Shown in pieces: positions 25,055 to 37,175 of a stretch of DNA of 64,000 nt. The position numbers were made by a program, and so were the translations under genes. Within the stretch, counting starts at the first letter, position 1; each line of letters begins with the position of its first letter. The stretch spans positions 5,969,431-6,033,430 of the forward strand of contig CM119266.1 in assembly GCA_051294375.1 (NCBI GenBank), read 5' to 3'. The notes below the pieces were generated by a model. That model worked only from the letters and a program-made list of their open reading frames with translations. It was not told where the DNA came from and did not search any database. The stretch is from Paraspadella gotoi. Its lineage: Eukaryota > Animalia > Chaetognatha.

Positions 25055-26623
25055 AAGAGAATCGATTCACCTGCGGAAGATTCGAGCCAAAAATCGTGGG
25101 ATTAAAATAAACAATTTTTTTTGCGGAATAAAATTTTTTTAAATTTTTTTTCTGAAAAAGTAAAATGTAAAGATTTAGAGTCAAATGTTTTCTTTCAATT
25201 ATTGAGCGATTCGGAAATATATAAAATCAATACATTGATCTAAACTACCAACATAAGAGCATCAATCATCAACGTAAACTAAGATCGAAATCTAAATATT
25301 TTCCGGAAGTCAAAGAAAAATGAATAAGATTAAGAGGAAAGAGGGAAATTTTGAGAGAAAAANNNNNNNNNNNNNNNNNNNNNNNNNNNNNNNNNNNNNN
25401 NNNNNNNNNNNNNNNNNNNNNNNNNNNNNNNNNNNNNNNNNNNNNNNNNNNNNNNNNNNNNNNNNNNNNNNNNNNNNNNNNNNNNNNNNNNNNNNNNNNN
25501 NNNNNNNNNNNNNNNNNNNNNNNNNNNNNNNNNNNNNNNNNNNNNNNNNNNNNNNNNNNNNNNNNNNNNNNNNNNNNNNNNNNNNNNNNNNNNNNNNNNN
25601 NNNNNNNNNNNNNNNNNNNNNNNNNNNNNNNNNNNNNNNNNNNNNNNNNNNNNNNNNNNNNNNNNNNNNNNNNNNNNNNNNNNNNNNNNNNNNNNNNNNN
25701 NNNNNNNNNNNNNNNNNNNNNNNNNNNNNNNNNNNNNNNNNNNNNNNNNNNNNNNNNNNNNNNNNNNNNNNNNNNNNNNNNNNNNNNNNNNNNNNNNNNN
25801 NNNNNNNNNNNNNNNNNNNNNNNNNNNNNNNNNNNNNNNNNNNNNNNNNNNNNNNNNNNNNNNNNNNNNNNNNNNNNNNNNNNNNNNNNNNNNNNNNNNN
25901 NNNNNNNNNNNNNNNNNNNNNNNNNNNNNNNNNNNNNNNNNNNNNNNNNNNNNNNNNNNNNNNNNNNNNNNNNNNNNNNNNNNNNNNNNNNNNNNNNNNN
26001 NNNNNNNNNNNNNNNNNNNNNNNNNNNNNNNNNNNNNNNNNNNNNNNNNNNNNNNNNNNNNNNNNNNNNNNNNNNNNNNNNNNNNNNNNNNNNNNNNNNN
26101 NNNNNNNNNNNNNNNNNNNNNNNNNNNNNNNNNNNNNNNNNNNNNNNNNNNNNNNNNNNNNNNNNNNNNNNNNNNNNNNNNNNNNNNNNNNNNNNNNNNN
26201 NNNNNNNNNNNNNNNNNNNNNNNNNNNNNNNNNNNNNNNNNNNNNNNNNNAGCCTGTCCCAAGTTGAAGAGAGATTGTTTATTAAATGAAAGGAAAAGTT
26301 TACATTGTTATATAAATTTTATCCGTAAAAGATGTATGTATACATATATGGAGAGAAAAATGTTTAATGTTTTCAACAAAAAAAAATACCTATTTGAAAA
26401 AAGAGCGGTTGAAACAAACAAACGCAAAAAAACTGATAAAAGCGCATTTATTTTTTAGATCGCAATTTTCTAATGAATGACGTAAATTAAATGAGAATAA
26501 AAGACAAAAATTAACAAAAGACTCGAGGAAATTAAATTTTCAAGTCATAAAAAATTTCGGGGAGAAAACGAAAATCAAAAAAAAAAGTTGGAAACAAAAG
26601 GAGAGAAAAAGGAAAGCGGCGAT

Positions 26624-26682
<59 letters not shown>

Positions 26683-27514
26683 CGACGACGACGACGACGA
26701 TGACGACGACGACGATGACGACGACGATTAACCCGAAGCAAATTTTAATTTCATTTAAAAAAGAAAGATAAATTCTCGTCTTTCGCTTTGGACGCGTGGG
26801 AAGATGCAGTGGGACAAGGGTAAGTTACCTTAGGGTAAGTTACCTTAGGGTAAGTGGAGAAGATGATGCATGTCCCAAAATGGCAACGACGACTTTTAAT
26901 GATATGTCACAATGTCACAATGTTTTAACTTTGCGAAAGAGTTCAAAAGAGTTCAAAACCGAATGGTTAAAAGTCAAACCTCCCCCTCGAGGCGAAACAT
27001 CTTTCCACCCACCCACCCACCCCCCCATCCACCCTCCGCTACCCGTCCCCCGTAACAATAAAACCTTAAGAGGCGCCGCCTCGTAAAAAACCACCCGCGA
27101 ATGTTCACCCACCCAAAAATAAAACCACCTAAAGCGTAGTCCGCCCACCAAAAAGAGGAAGATTCCCAACCACGAAAAAAAATCACAACAGAATTTTTTT
27201 TTTCAATTATCACCTTTTTTTCCTTCTCTGCGACGGACGTCGGACGAAATAAGGAGAGCGTGACTGTCGAAGGTCGAAAGGAAAAGAGAAGGAAATAAAT
27301 TCTGGAAATATTAAACTCTAATTTTTTTAAATTTGATGTTTGGTAAGTTTTTATGCTTAAATCGATCGCGAGGTGAGGACATGACGGTGAGGCGAATCCA
27401 TGACAGCTTACCGGAACCTTTGTGGCATGGTATGTTTGTATGTTAGTTTCTTAGTTTCGACTGGTCACTGTAAGTTGAGGCCTTGGAGATGGATCAATTC
27501 GTCTTTTTTTATCT

Positions 27515-27905
27515 TTTGACGTCTCCTTCTTTATCTCCCTTTCTTCGCCTTTAAACTTTCTTTCTCTCCTGACGTCTCCTTCTTTATCTCCCTTTCCTTC
27601 GCTTTAAACTTTTCTTCTCTCCTGACGTCTCCTTCTTTATATCCTTTTCTTTGCTCTTTAAATTCTTTTTTCTGACTCCTTCTTAATCCCTTTTCATCGC
27701 TCGCTTCTTCCCGATCGTCTCCATTCTTATATCCTTTCTTTGCCTTAAACTTTACTTCCTCTCGCTGACGTCTCCTTCTTTATCAGTTCCACTTTTCTAT
27801 TTGCTTTTTAAACTTTATCTTCCTCTTCCTGACCGTCTCCTTCTTTATATCCTTTATCATTTGCTTAAACTTTCTTCCTCTCCTGACGCTCCTTCTTTCT
27901 CCTTA
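27515..27905. repeat. About 52 bp tandem repeat (CCTGACGTCTCCTTCTTTATATCCTTT...TAAACTTT)
   Basis: About 7-8 noisy units. Confidence 0.85.
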
Positions 27906-28046
27906 CTCGATCTCCGCACTCCGGTAATCACAATTTGTTTCCCCTTCGGCGCCAAATAAAATGGTCCACGTGCATGCAAATAAATTTGTTCCACCCACTG
28001 AGCTGGATCGTGGCGGAGAGAGAGAGAGAGAGGAGAGAGAGATGAG

Positions 28047-28088
<42 letters not shown>

Positions 28089-28339
28089 AAGGGGGTTAAG
28101 AAATTTGTGGATTTGGTGAATTTGAGACGGAAATGAAACTGACGAAATAACAATAATAGTACACTATAATTATACTTATGATATTTTATGTGTCATTTCA
28201 ACCTGATTGCGTCATGCAGTGATCACGTGACGACAATAGTATGAAAATATATAATAATCGATTATTAATCAATTATTATCGATTCACTATTTTAAAATCA
28301 AGTAGACATACAGACGGCGGAACAGATGAACCACCGTTC

Positions 28340-31332
28340 GACCCACCGACCAACAGACCGACCGACCGATCAGCGACCTGACCGACCGATCCGACCGACA
28401 CCCGACCGACTCAGGCGAACCCCGACGACTCGAACGACTCACCGACGCGACCAGACCGACTCGACCGACCGACCGATCACCGACCGACCGAACCGACTCA
28501 GTGACCGACCGACCGACTCAGCGGACCGACCGAGCCACTCCGACTTCGACCGACCGACCTCGGTGACCGACCGACTCAGTCGACCGACCGACCGACTCAC
28601 GGACGACCGCCGACACCGACCGCTCGCCGACCAGTGCGACCGAACCCGACTCAGTGAGACCGACCGACCGACTCAGGACCGAACCGACCGACTCAGCGAC
28701 CGACCGACCGACTCAACCGACCGACCGACGCGACTCAGTGACCGACCGGACCGACTAGCACCGCCGACCGACTCAACGCGGACGTCCCGACCGAGCCGAG
28801 CCGACTCAGTGACCGACCCGAGCCGACTCCAAGGCGCCAACCGACCGCTCCGAGCTCCAGACGATGCACCGACCCGCCGACTCATGGACCGATCCGAAAT
28901 CCGAACTCAGCGAGCCGCGCTCAGCACCGCCCTCAGTGACCGACCGACCGACCTACGACCGTGCCGACCGACTTGTCAGCGACCGACCACGTCAGTGAAC
29001 CGACCGACGCGAAACTCAGCGACCGACGCGACCGACTCACACCGACCGATGCACGAACCGGACCCGACTCAGCGACGACCGCCGAGCTCAGCGACCGATC
29101 CGACCGACTTCACACCACGACCGACTCAGTGAGCGAGCACCTCAGTGACCGAACCGACCGACTCCGCACGATCGAGCGAACAGGACCGACGCGACCGACT
29201 CAGACCGACCGAGCCGATCCCGACACTCACCGACCGATCCGACCGACCGCCGACACGACCGAACCGAACTCAGCGACGCGATCCGAACGCGACTCAGTGA
29301 CGCGAGCCGGAACCGACCGAGCGTCAGCGACCGACCGACACGTGCCGCCGACGACCACCGACCACCGACGACCAGACCGACTGACCGACTCAGCGACCGA
29401 CCGACCGACTCAGCGACCGAACCGACCACCAGATCGACCGACGCGACTCGGACTCACGATCGCGACCTGTGAACCGACTCGACGACTCGACCGACCGACT
29501 CCACCGACTCACCGCCGACCGAACGACCGACTCACGACGACCGACGCGACTCAGTGACCGACCCGACCGACTCAGCGACCGACCGACCGACTCAGGACCG
29601 ACCGCACCTGCTCACCGACCAGACCGACCGACTCACTGTGACCGAGGCCGACCGATCTCAACGCGACCCGACCGACCGACTTCAGCTGACGACCGACCGA
29701 CTCACACCGTCCGACCGACTCACCGACCGACCCGACCGACTCAGCGACCGAGGACCGACTCAGCGACCGACCCCGACCGACTCAGTGACCGACGCGCCGA
29801 CTCAGCGACCGATCCACGACCGACTCACGACGACCGACCGACTCACCGACCGACCGACCGACGTCAGTGACCGACCGACCTAACTCAGCGACCGACCGAC
29901 CGACTCACGACCGACCGACTCGCGACCATCCGACCGACGACCGCCGACTCAGTGACGACCGACCGACCGAACTCAGGACCGACCGACCGACGCTGCAGCC
30001 GACGACCCGACCGACTCAAACCGAACCGACTCAGCGACCGACCGATCCGACTCAGTGACCGACCGACCGACTCACCGACCGACCGACCGACTCAGTGACA
30101 ACCGAACCGACCGACTCAGTACGGCGACCGACGCGACTCAGCGACCGAACCGACGACTCACCGACCGAACCGACCGACTCAGCCGACCGACCGACCACGA
30201 CACGTCAGCGACGACGACGCCCGACCGACTCAGTGACCGACCGACCGACTCAGTGACCGACCGACCGACTCAGCGACCGACCCGACCGACTCACCGACCG
30301 ACTCACCGACCGACCGATCGCGACCGACATCAGCGACCGACCGACCGACTCACCGACGACCGACGACCGAGCTCAGTGACCGACCGACCGACCAGTACCG
30401 ACTCAGTGACCGACCGTACCGACTCAGCGACCCGGACTCATGCCGACCGACTCGACCCGATCGCCAGCGACCGACCGAACCGATCACCACGCGACCGACC
30501 GACTCAGCGACCGACGCGACCGACTGCAGCGACCGGACCACCTCTCAGCCGACGCGACGACCGACTCAGGACCGACCGACCGACTCAGCGACCCGCCCCG
30601 CCCCGAACGACCGAAACCGACTCACCGACACGACCGACGACTCAGGACCGACGCGACCTGACTCAGCGAACCGACCGACCGGACCTCGACGACGACCGAC
30701 TCCGACCGATCACCACCGACCGACGTACGTCAGTGAGCCGACCGACCGACTCAGCGACCGACCCGACCGACTCAGACGCGACCGACAGCGACCGACCTCA
30801 CCGACCGACGCGACCGACTCAGTGACGCCGACTCCGACCACCGACCGACCGTCAGCGACCGACCGACCGACTCAGCGACCGACCGACCGGACTCAGGCCG
30901 ACGACCGACCGACCGACCGACTCAGCGCGACCGACCACGACCGACGACTCAGTGACGCGACCGACCGACTCAGGCCGACCCGACCGACCGGAGCTCAGCG
31001 ACCGGACCGACCGCGACCTACCCGAGACCGCGACCGACCGACTCAGTGACCGACCGACCGACCTGACCGACCGAGCCAGACCGACTCACGCGACCGACCG
31101 ACTCACCCGACCGACCGACCGACTCAGCGACCGACCGACCGACTCAACCGACCGACCGACCGACCAGCGACTGCAGACCGACCGACTCAGCCGACCGACC
31201 GACCGACTCAGCGACCGACCGACCGACTCAGTCCCGACCAGACCGACCGACTCAGTGACCGACCGACGCGACCTCAGCGACGCGACCGACCGACCACCGA
31301 CTGCGACCGACCGACTCAGCGACCGACCGACC
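28340..31332. repeat. (GACC)n-based satellite, about 20 bp unit GACCGACCGACCGACTCAG(C/T)
   Basis: About 3 kb array with many indels; mirrored at 43286-45095. Confidence 0.95.
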
Positions 31333-31554
31333 CCAAGTGTCTTTAAAGAATCGTTTTCCGACGACTCTCGGCGCAACTAAAAAACTGAAAATCCTTAAAG
31401 ATGAAGTTTTAGTGAATTAAATATATTGGAGTTTCTGAGTTTGTTTTCTGATTTTGTCACACATTCGTTGAACTATATTTCAACGAATTTGCTGTCGGTA
31501 CAAGCTGATGATTTGCTTAAGTACTGAGCTGATGCGAATTGCGAGTATGACGTT

Positions 31555-32180
31555 TAGGGCAAGGTGATGCAGTTTAGGCGAGGGTGATTAGTGCGAGACG
31601 TGATGAGCGAGGGTGAAGTGCAGGTGATGAGCGAGGGGGGCAGGTGATGAGAGGGGTTGATTGAGCGAGTGGTGTTAGTGCGAAGGGGTGATGAGCGAGG
31701 GGTGATTAGTCGAAAGGGGTGAGGGAGTGGATGCAGGTGCGAGGGGTGATGACGAGTGAAGATAGTGCGAAGGTGTGATGAGCGAGGGGGTGATGAGCGA
31801 GGGTGATTAGTGCGAAGGAGGGTGATGATGCGAGGGGGTGATTAGTGGCGAAAAGGGGCTGATGAGCGAGGGGTGATTAGTGCGAAAAGGGTGTGATGAG
31901 CGAGGGGTGATGGCAGGGTTTAGTCGAAAGCGGGGTGATGAGCGAGGGGGTGAATAGCGAGGGGTGATTAGTGCGTAAAGGGGTGGATGAGCGAGGGGGT
32001 GATTAGTGCGAAAAGGGGGTGGTGAGCGAGGGGTGATTAGTGCGAAAGGCGGTGTGATGAGCGAGGGGGTGATGAGCGAGGGGTGATTTAGTGCGAAAGG
32101 GGTGTGATGAGCGGAGGGGTGATTTAGTGCGAAAAGGGGTGATGAGCGAGGGGTGATTAGTGCGAAAGGGCAGGTGGTGA
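31555..32180. repeat. About 30 bp satellite (GATGAGCGAGGGGTGATTAGTGCGAAAGGGGT)
   Basis: Direct tandem units; a shorter mirror lies at about 42870-43070. Confidence 0.9.
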
Positions 32181-32315
32181 GCGCAAAGTGGTGAGTTGTG
32201 AAGCGAAACGCGAGTCCGTGAATTTCGGTGAATGAGTGAATGAGCAAATCGAAGGCGGAAAGAGAAAATTTAAGAGAGACAAGAGCGAAGAGCGAAGGTT
32301 GCTATCGCTTCCGGG

Positions 32316-32386
<71 letters not shown>

Positions 32387-32468
32387 GAGGGGGAGTTGAT
32401 GTGGGTTAATCCTGGATATTCGAGAGATTTACGCTTAGAAAATGAGTTACGAGTTGAGTAAGTTTCGC

Positions 32469-32509
<41 letters not shown>

Positions 32510-32538
32510 AGAGAGAGAAGAGAGAGAGAGAGAGAGAG

Positions 32539-32574
<36 letters not shown>

Positions 32575-33441
32575 AGATTGTTCGAACAAAATTCGTTTAC
32601 TTCGCGAGAGAAGTCAAGAGAAAATTGGTTTCTAAATATTTTGAAACTTTTTCCGGGTCTTGTCGTCGTCATTGTCGTCGTCGCTGTCGTCGTTGTTGTC
32701 GTCGTCGCTGTCGTCGTTGTTGTCGTCGTCGTTGTCATTCTTATTATTATCTCCACCATAACTTGTTTAAACTTTACATCCGGAAAACTCGAATGATTTA
32801 TTGTCATCAAAAAGAAGAGAAAATCAAAAAACTATTTTTGAATCGAAAATAAATTAATGACAAAAAAAAACATTCTTTTGTTCTTTTGTTCTTTTGATGA
32901 TTTTCACGCACGTCCTGCTTTTCACAATAATCACTAGATCACAAAGTCGTGACTTTTTCGTGATTCTCAAAAGTTAACTTTTTCAACATTTTTTAATATA
33001 ACGAGTCCATTGATTATGAAAAAAAAATGTATAGTACTTTTTTTAGCAAAGACCCCTCACACTATCTCTCACTCTTTTCTTTATATCATTTAGCTAAACT
33101 CGTAATTAATCAATTTATTAATGAGAAAAATAAATGCCGACGCTAATCTCGCGCGAAAAACCCGAGCGATCGATTAATCTTATCTGTCGGTCCTCCATTT
33201 TTTATGGGGAGAAAATATCTGTAAAACGTCCGAAGTAATTCGCATACATCATCGTCGTCGTCGTCGTCGTTATCGTCGTTACGATCGTCGTCGCTGTCGT
33301 CGTAGTTATCGTCGTCGTTGTAATCAGTAATAGTTTATTTCAGTTGTTTTATTAATTTTTTTATATTATTTTTATTATTGCACGTTTCTTTTTTTTTTAA
33401 TCTTCACTGCGATATTTCCGTCGTCATCTTAGTCTTTATCG

Positions 33442-33473
<32 letters not shown>

Positions 33474-35052
33474 ATCGTCGTCTTTTTTTATGAAACTTAC
33501 TTTTTTAAAAAAACTGAGCAAATGACGTCACAGACGATTTTGAAATAAAACGAAATCGACGTCTGAAAACTAAAAAAAATTGAAAAAGGAAAAAACAAAA
33601 AAAACCCGCTGAAGACAAATGATTTTATCGAGAAAGAAAACTTTACTAATTTCTCCGTCGTTATAATTTTCTAATTAACTTTTTTCTTCAAATTTGAGTT
33701 GTTTTAGCATCGAGTTCAGACATTAATTAATTGAAACAAAATTGTCAACTCGGTCGCGAAAAAGGTGAATCAAAATCGAGAGCGAATTGTATTCAAAGCA
33801 AAATTGTAACAATTTTTTTCTACATTAAGTTTCTTCGCATTTTTGTCCGTCGTGATGCTGAGCGGAGATTGTTGTTCACAAGTCCCGTTGATGTTAAAGA
33901 AGTTGCTGCAGAAGTTTGGTGAAAAAAACCCATCGGTGTCGCTGTTGTAGACATGAAGTTTCATAACAGAGAGAGTTAAATGAACAAGAATAAGTAAATA
34001 ATGTTTCTTGAGACTATGAAGATTAGAGATTTGACGTCTCTGATATTCCTCCTCCGGTGGAAATCACCAAGCTTCCTCTTCCTTATGATTTCTGTTTGAG
34101 ACACAAGATAAAAAAACCTCAATGTTATGAAATTTAAAGAAAATCACATCTTTTTAAAGGATTGTTTTGTCCTTTTGCAAAATTAGTTTTTCTTTTTTCC
34201 TTTATAATTTTACGATAAGTTGGCTGAAGATAACTAAATTAGTGTGGGCAGATATGGCAATGTTTTGCTCAAACTTGTTCACCCTCTAACTTGGCACATG
34301 GAAAATGTATTTACTTTAATCAACAAGCTCACAAGCGCGATTTCACACGACGAGTTTCTTTACAAAATTTTATGATGTTTTAGCAGTTTTTTTGACTGCA
34401 ATTATAACAGGGGAACATACATAATGAAAATGTAGGAGAGAGAAGCAGAATATCCCACGCATCCCTTATGGAATTGTCTACTTTCTGATAGCGGTAATAG
34501 TAGTAAGAATGGCAGCTTTCCCAATGTGCGAGGTTGCAAAAGTATGCGCCGCCTACTCTGGACACAGAAGATCATGGTTTTAAATATATTGTATTGTCAT
34601 GACAATTTTTTACATGGGTACCAATTTTAATTATTCTTTTATTTACCCGTAAAAAGGAACTTTTTAATTTCGTTCCAAAAGACCTGGGCCTCCCAGTATT
34701 TAGTCATTACTTTAGACATGGATGAAGAAATCATATCCGCTACTTGTATTTTTGCACAAATGACGTCGCTTTTTTTTTAAATTAATTTTGTTGTAGTCCG
34801 TGTGATACAAAATAAAATTGATGCGAAATTAACTTATAAATATACTTTATTAGTTGAATTTGTGATTCTAATTTGGTTCTTTCTTCCATATTCATTTTAA
34901 TACTTAAAAAGAGAATACAAAAATTTAGATTTTTGAATAGTAAAATTTATAATCATTTTCTTTAACCGTTTTTCCTATTTATCTACAATACATAGCATAT
35001 TCAAATTTTAATTAATACTTGTATTAATTTTTTAAAAACATACTTAAAAAAA

Positions 35053-35503
35053 TCAATATTTTTTAAGAAAATCGGCAAAAACTTTCAAATCTTCGCTCAA
35101 ATAAATAGAAGTGTCGAAGGCGCCGTCGGTAGAAGCAGCATTGGCGTTCGCTGCGGCGTCCCCTGCGTCCGCTGCGGCGTTCCCTGCGTCTTCTGCGGCA
35201 GTGGCGGCGTCCCCGGAGTCCGCAGCAGCAGCGGCGGCGTCCGAGGCTTGGTTCACTTCGTCGGGAGAAGCGGCATCTGTAGTCAGAGTCTTAGAGGACA
35301 TATCTTCGTGGGTTTCGCTGTGGCCTTCGCTGTGGATGTCTTTGTGGATGTCTTTGTGGTCGTCCTTGTTGGCGTCGTCGTCATCGTCGTTGTGGGTGTC
35401 GCTGTGGGTGTCGCTGTGGGCGTGGTCGCGATTGACGTCGTCGTTTTGATCGACGTCGACGGAAATTTCCTTTCGCTTCATGGCCACCAAATCGTCGATG
35501 CGT
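35053..35503 (-). CDS. Terminal exon of an uncharacterised gene (Asp/His-rich and Ala-rich low-complexity protein)
   Basis: TTTAG acceptor. Reads RIDDLVAMKRKEISVDVDQNDD...HSDTHSDTH...DAGNAAADAG...SIYLSEDLKVFADFLKKY*. Upstream exons are visible only in the mirrored arm (38709-38821, 39048-39193). Confidence 0.55.
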
Positions 35504-36199
35504 CTAAATGTGTCAATCAATCAATCAATCTATCAATCAAACCAATCAATAAAACCAATAAATATATCAATTGATCAATAGATCAATCAAATTAAACAAT
35601 CAATCATTCAATTGTTTAAACGCTACATTGAACTTTCAGAATAGTCAAATATGACCAGTCAAAAAAAATTAATTCATTAATAAATAAGTCACTGACTNNN
35701 NNNNNNNNNNNNNNNNNNNNNNNNNNNNNNNNNNNNNNNNNNNNNNNNNNNNNNNNNNNNNNNNNNNNNNNNNNNNNNNNNNNNNNNNNNNNNNNNNNNN
35801 NNNNNNNNNNNNNNNNNNNNNNNNNNNNNNNNNNNNNNNNNNNNNNNNNNNNNNNNNNNNNNNNNNNNNNNNNNNNNNNNNNNNNNNNNNNNNNNNNNNN
35901 NNNNNNNNNNNNNNNNNNNNNNNNNNNNNNNNNNNNNNNNNNNNNNNNNNNNNNNNNNNNNCGTCTCTACCTCCACGCGGTGCTAGCGGGAACATCCTTT
36001 CCGATGGCGAAAGAGACGGGAGGCTCAAGCAAACAAAGAGAAGGAAAAGCCGAAAGGCGGAATGCCGATTTATTTTCTTGAGTATCGGAGTGGACCAGGC
36101 CCAGCCGACCTGGTCACCTCCGCCCTCTTCCTCCCTTCCCAAATCCTTGCCCCTCCCTTCTCTCCCTCTTTCCTCTATCTTTTCCCACCCTTTTTAAAA

Positions 36200-36407
36200 A
36201 CATTTCAGGTGCAGCCTCTCAATGCATTGGTGTCTGCCACCGAAGACAGCTCTGATAGCGACATCGTCCCTCGTTGGACGAATGCCTTTCAATCGAAGAC
36301 GAGGAGGACACCTGGCGGGAGGAAGCGACGTCGATCTTCTTGAAGTCGATTTTTGTCGATTCGACGAAGAAGTCGAAGTTTGATTCGGATCCAAGTCGTT
36401 GATGCAT
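36200..36407 (-). CDS. CCDC102-like gene, probable last coding exon (frame uncertain)
   Basis: TCCAG acceptor at 36408-36412 and a GC-rich island. Reading frame depends on donor choice and on a possible 1-nt error. Confidence 0.45.
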
Positions 36408-36766
36408 CTGGATTTAAAGATAGACAGATTTAAAGATAAAAAAAAATAGGTAAGTTAAGGTGATGATAATGGATAAAAAGTGAAAAGATTTAAAGATAGA
36501 CAGAAAAAATAGGAAGGGAAAAGTGAGTATTCTGGAAAGAAAGATAGAAAGATTTAAAGACAGAAAAAATAGGTAAGTAAAAGTGATTATTCTGGAAAGA
36601 GATGTGGAGAGATTTAAAGATAGACCGAGAGAAAGAAAAGGTCAGTGATGCATCAGGATATAAAGATAGAAAAACAGAAAGATAAAAAGTAAGTTAAAGT
36701 GAAGATTCTTGAAAGAAAGAAAGATAAAAAAGATTTCAAATAAAACAGAAATAATTAGGGTATTAC

Positions 36767-36897
36767 CTGCACCTGCCCTGATTGGCTCTCGCCCTTGCTG
36801 TCACGTGATCGAGCTGCACCTTCATCGCCGACACCTGATCTTCCAAATCTTCGTTGCTTCGCTGAAGACGACGACATTTGTTGTCCTGAGCGTCGGC
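36767..36897 (-). CDS. CCDC102: CCDC102-like coiled-coil exon
   Basis: ADAQDNKCRRLQRSNEDLEDQVSAMKVQLDHVTAR resembles the recalled CCDC102A segment ..ARKLQRSLDEQ..ENLQVQLEHLQSR. The 3' boundary is uncertain. Confidence 0.75.
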
Positions 36898-36992
36898 CTG
36901 GTTGCCAAGCAACGTTTTAGACTTGTTACATTGGAAATACAATTTACGATTAAGTCGACTCAACACTAAATCTAAATTCGTTCATCTCATCC

Positions 36993-37175
36993 TGTGCACT
37001 CTCAGTTGGAACCCGGTGGGTAATTGAGTAAAGCCGTGAGCTCATGATTAGTAGGTACTGAGATCGATACGCGCTGCATAAGGATGGCCGTCAACCACCT
37101 TGGGAGAATGATAAACTCTCAAGCATTGTGCCAAGCGCAGCACCCGTTCCACCGCTGGCAAGGGTTGTCAAAGAA
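36993..37175 (+). mobile_element. Possible tRNA-derived SINE-like insertion in a CCDC102-like intron
   Basis: GC-richer island with tRNA-like segments (GGTGGGTAATTGAGTAAAGC; GCTCATGA; AGGTACTGAGATCGATAC, resembling the initiator-Met T-loop GATCGAAAC). Confidence 0.3.

Noticed and set aside
28326-31380. Many long R/P/T/D-rich ORFs (also 43285-45056)
   Set aside because: They are translations of the (GACC)n satellite, which is nearly stop-free in several frames.
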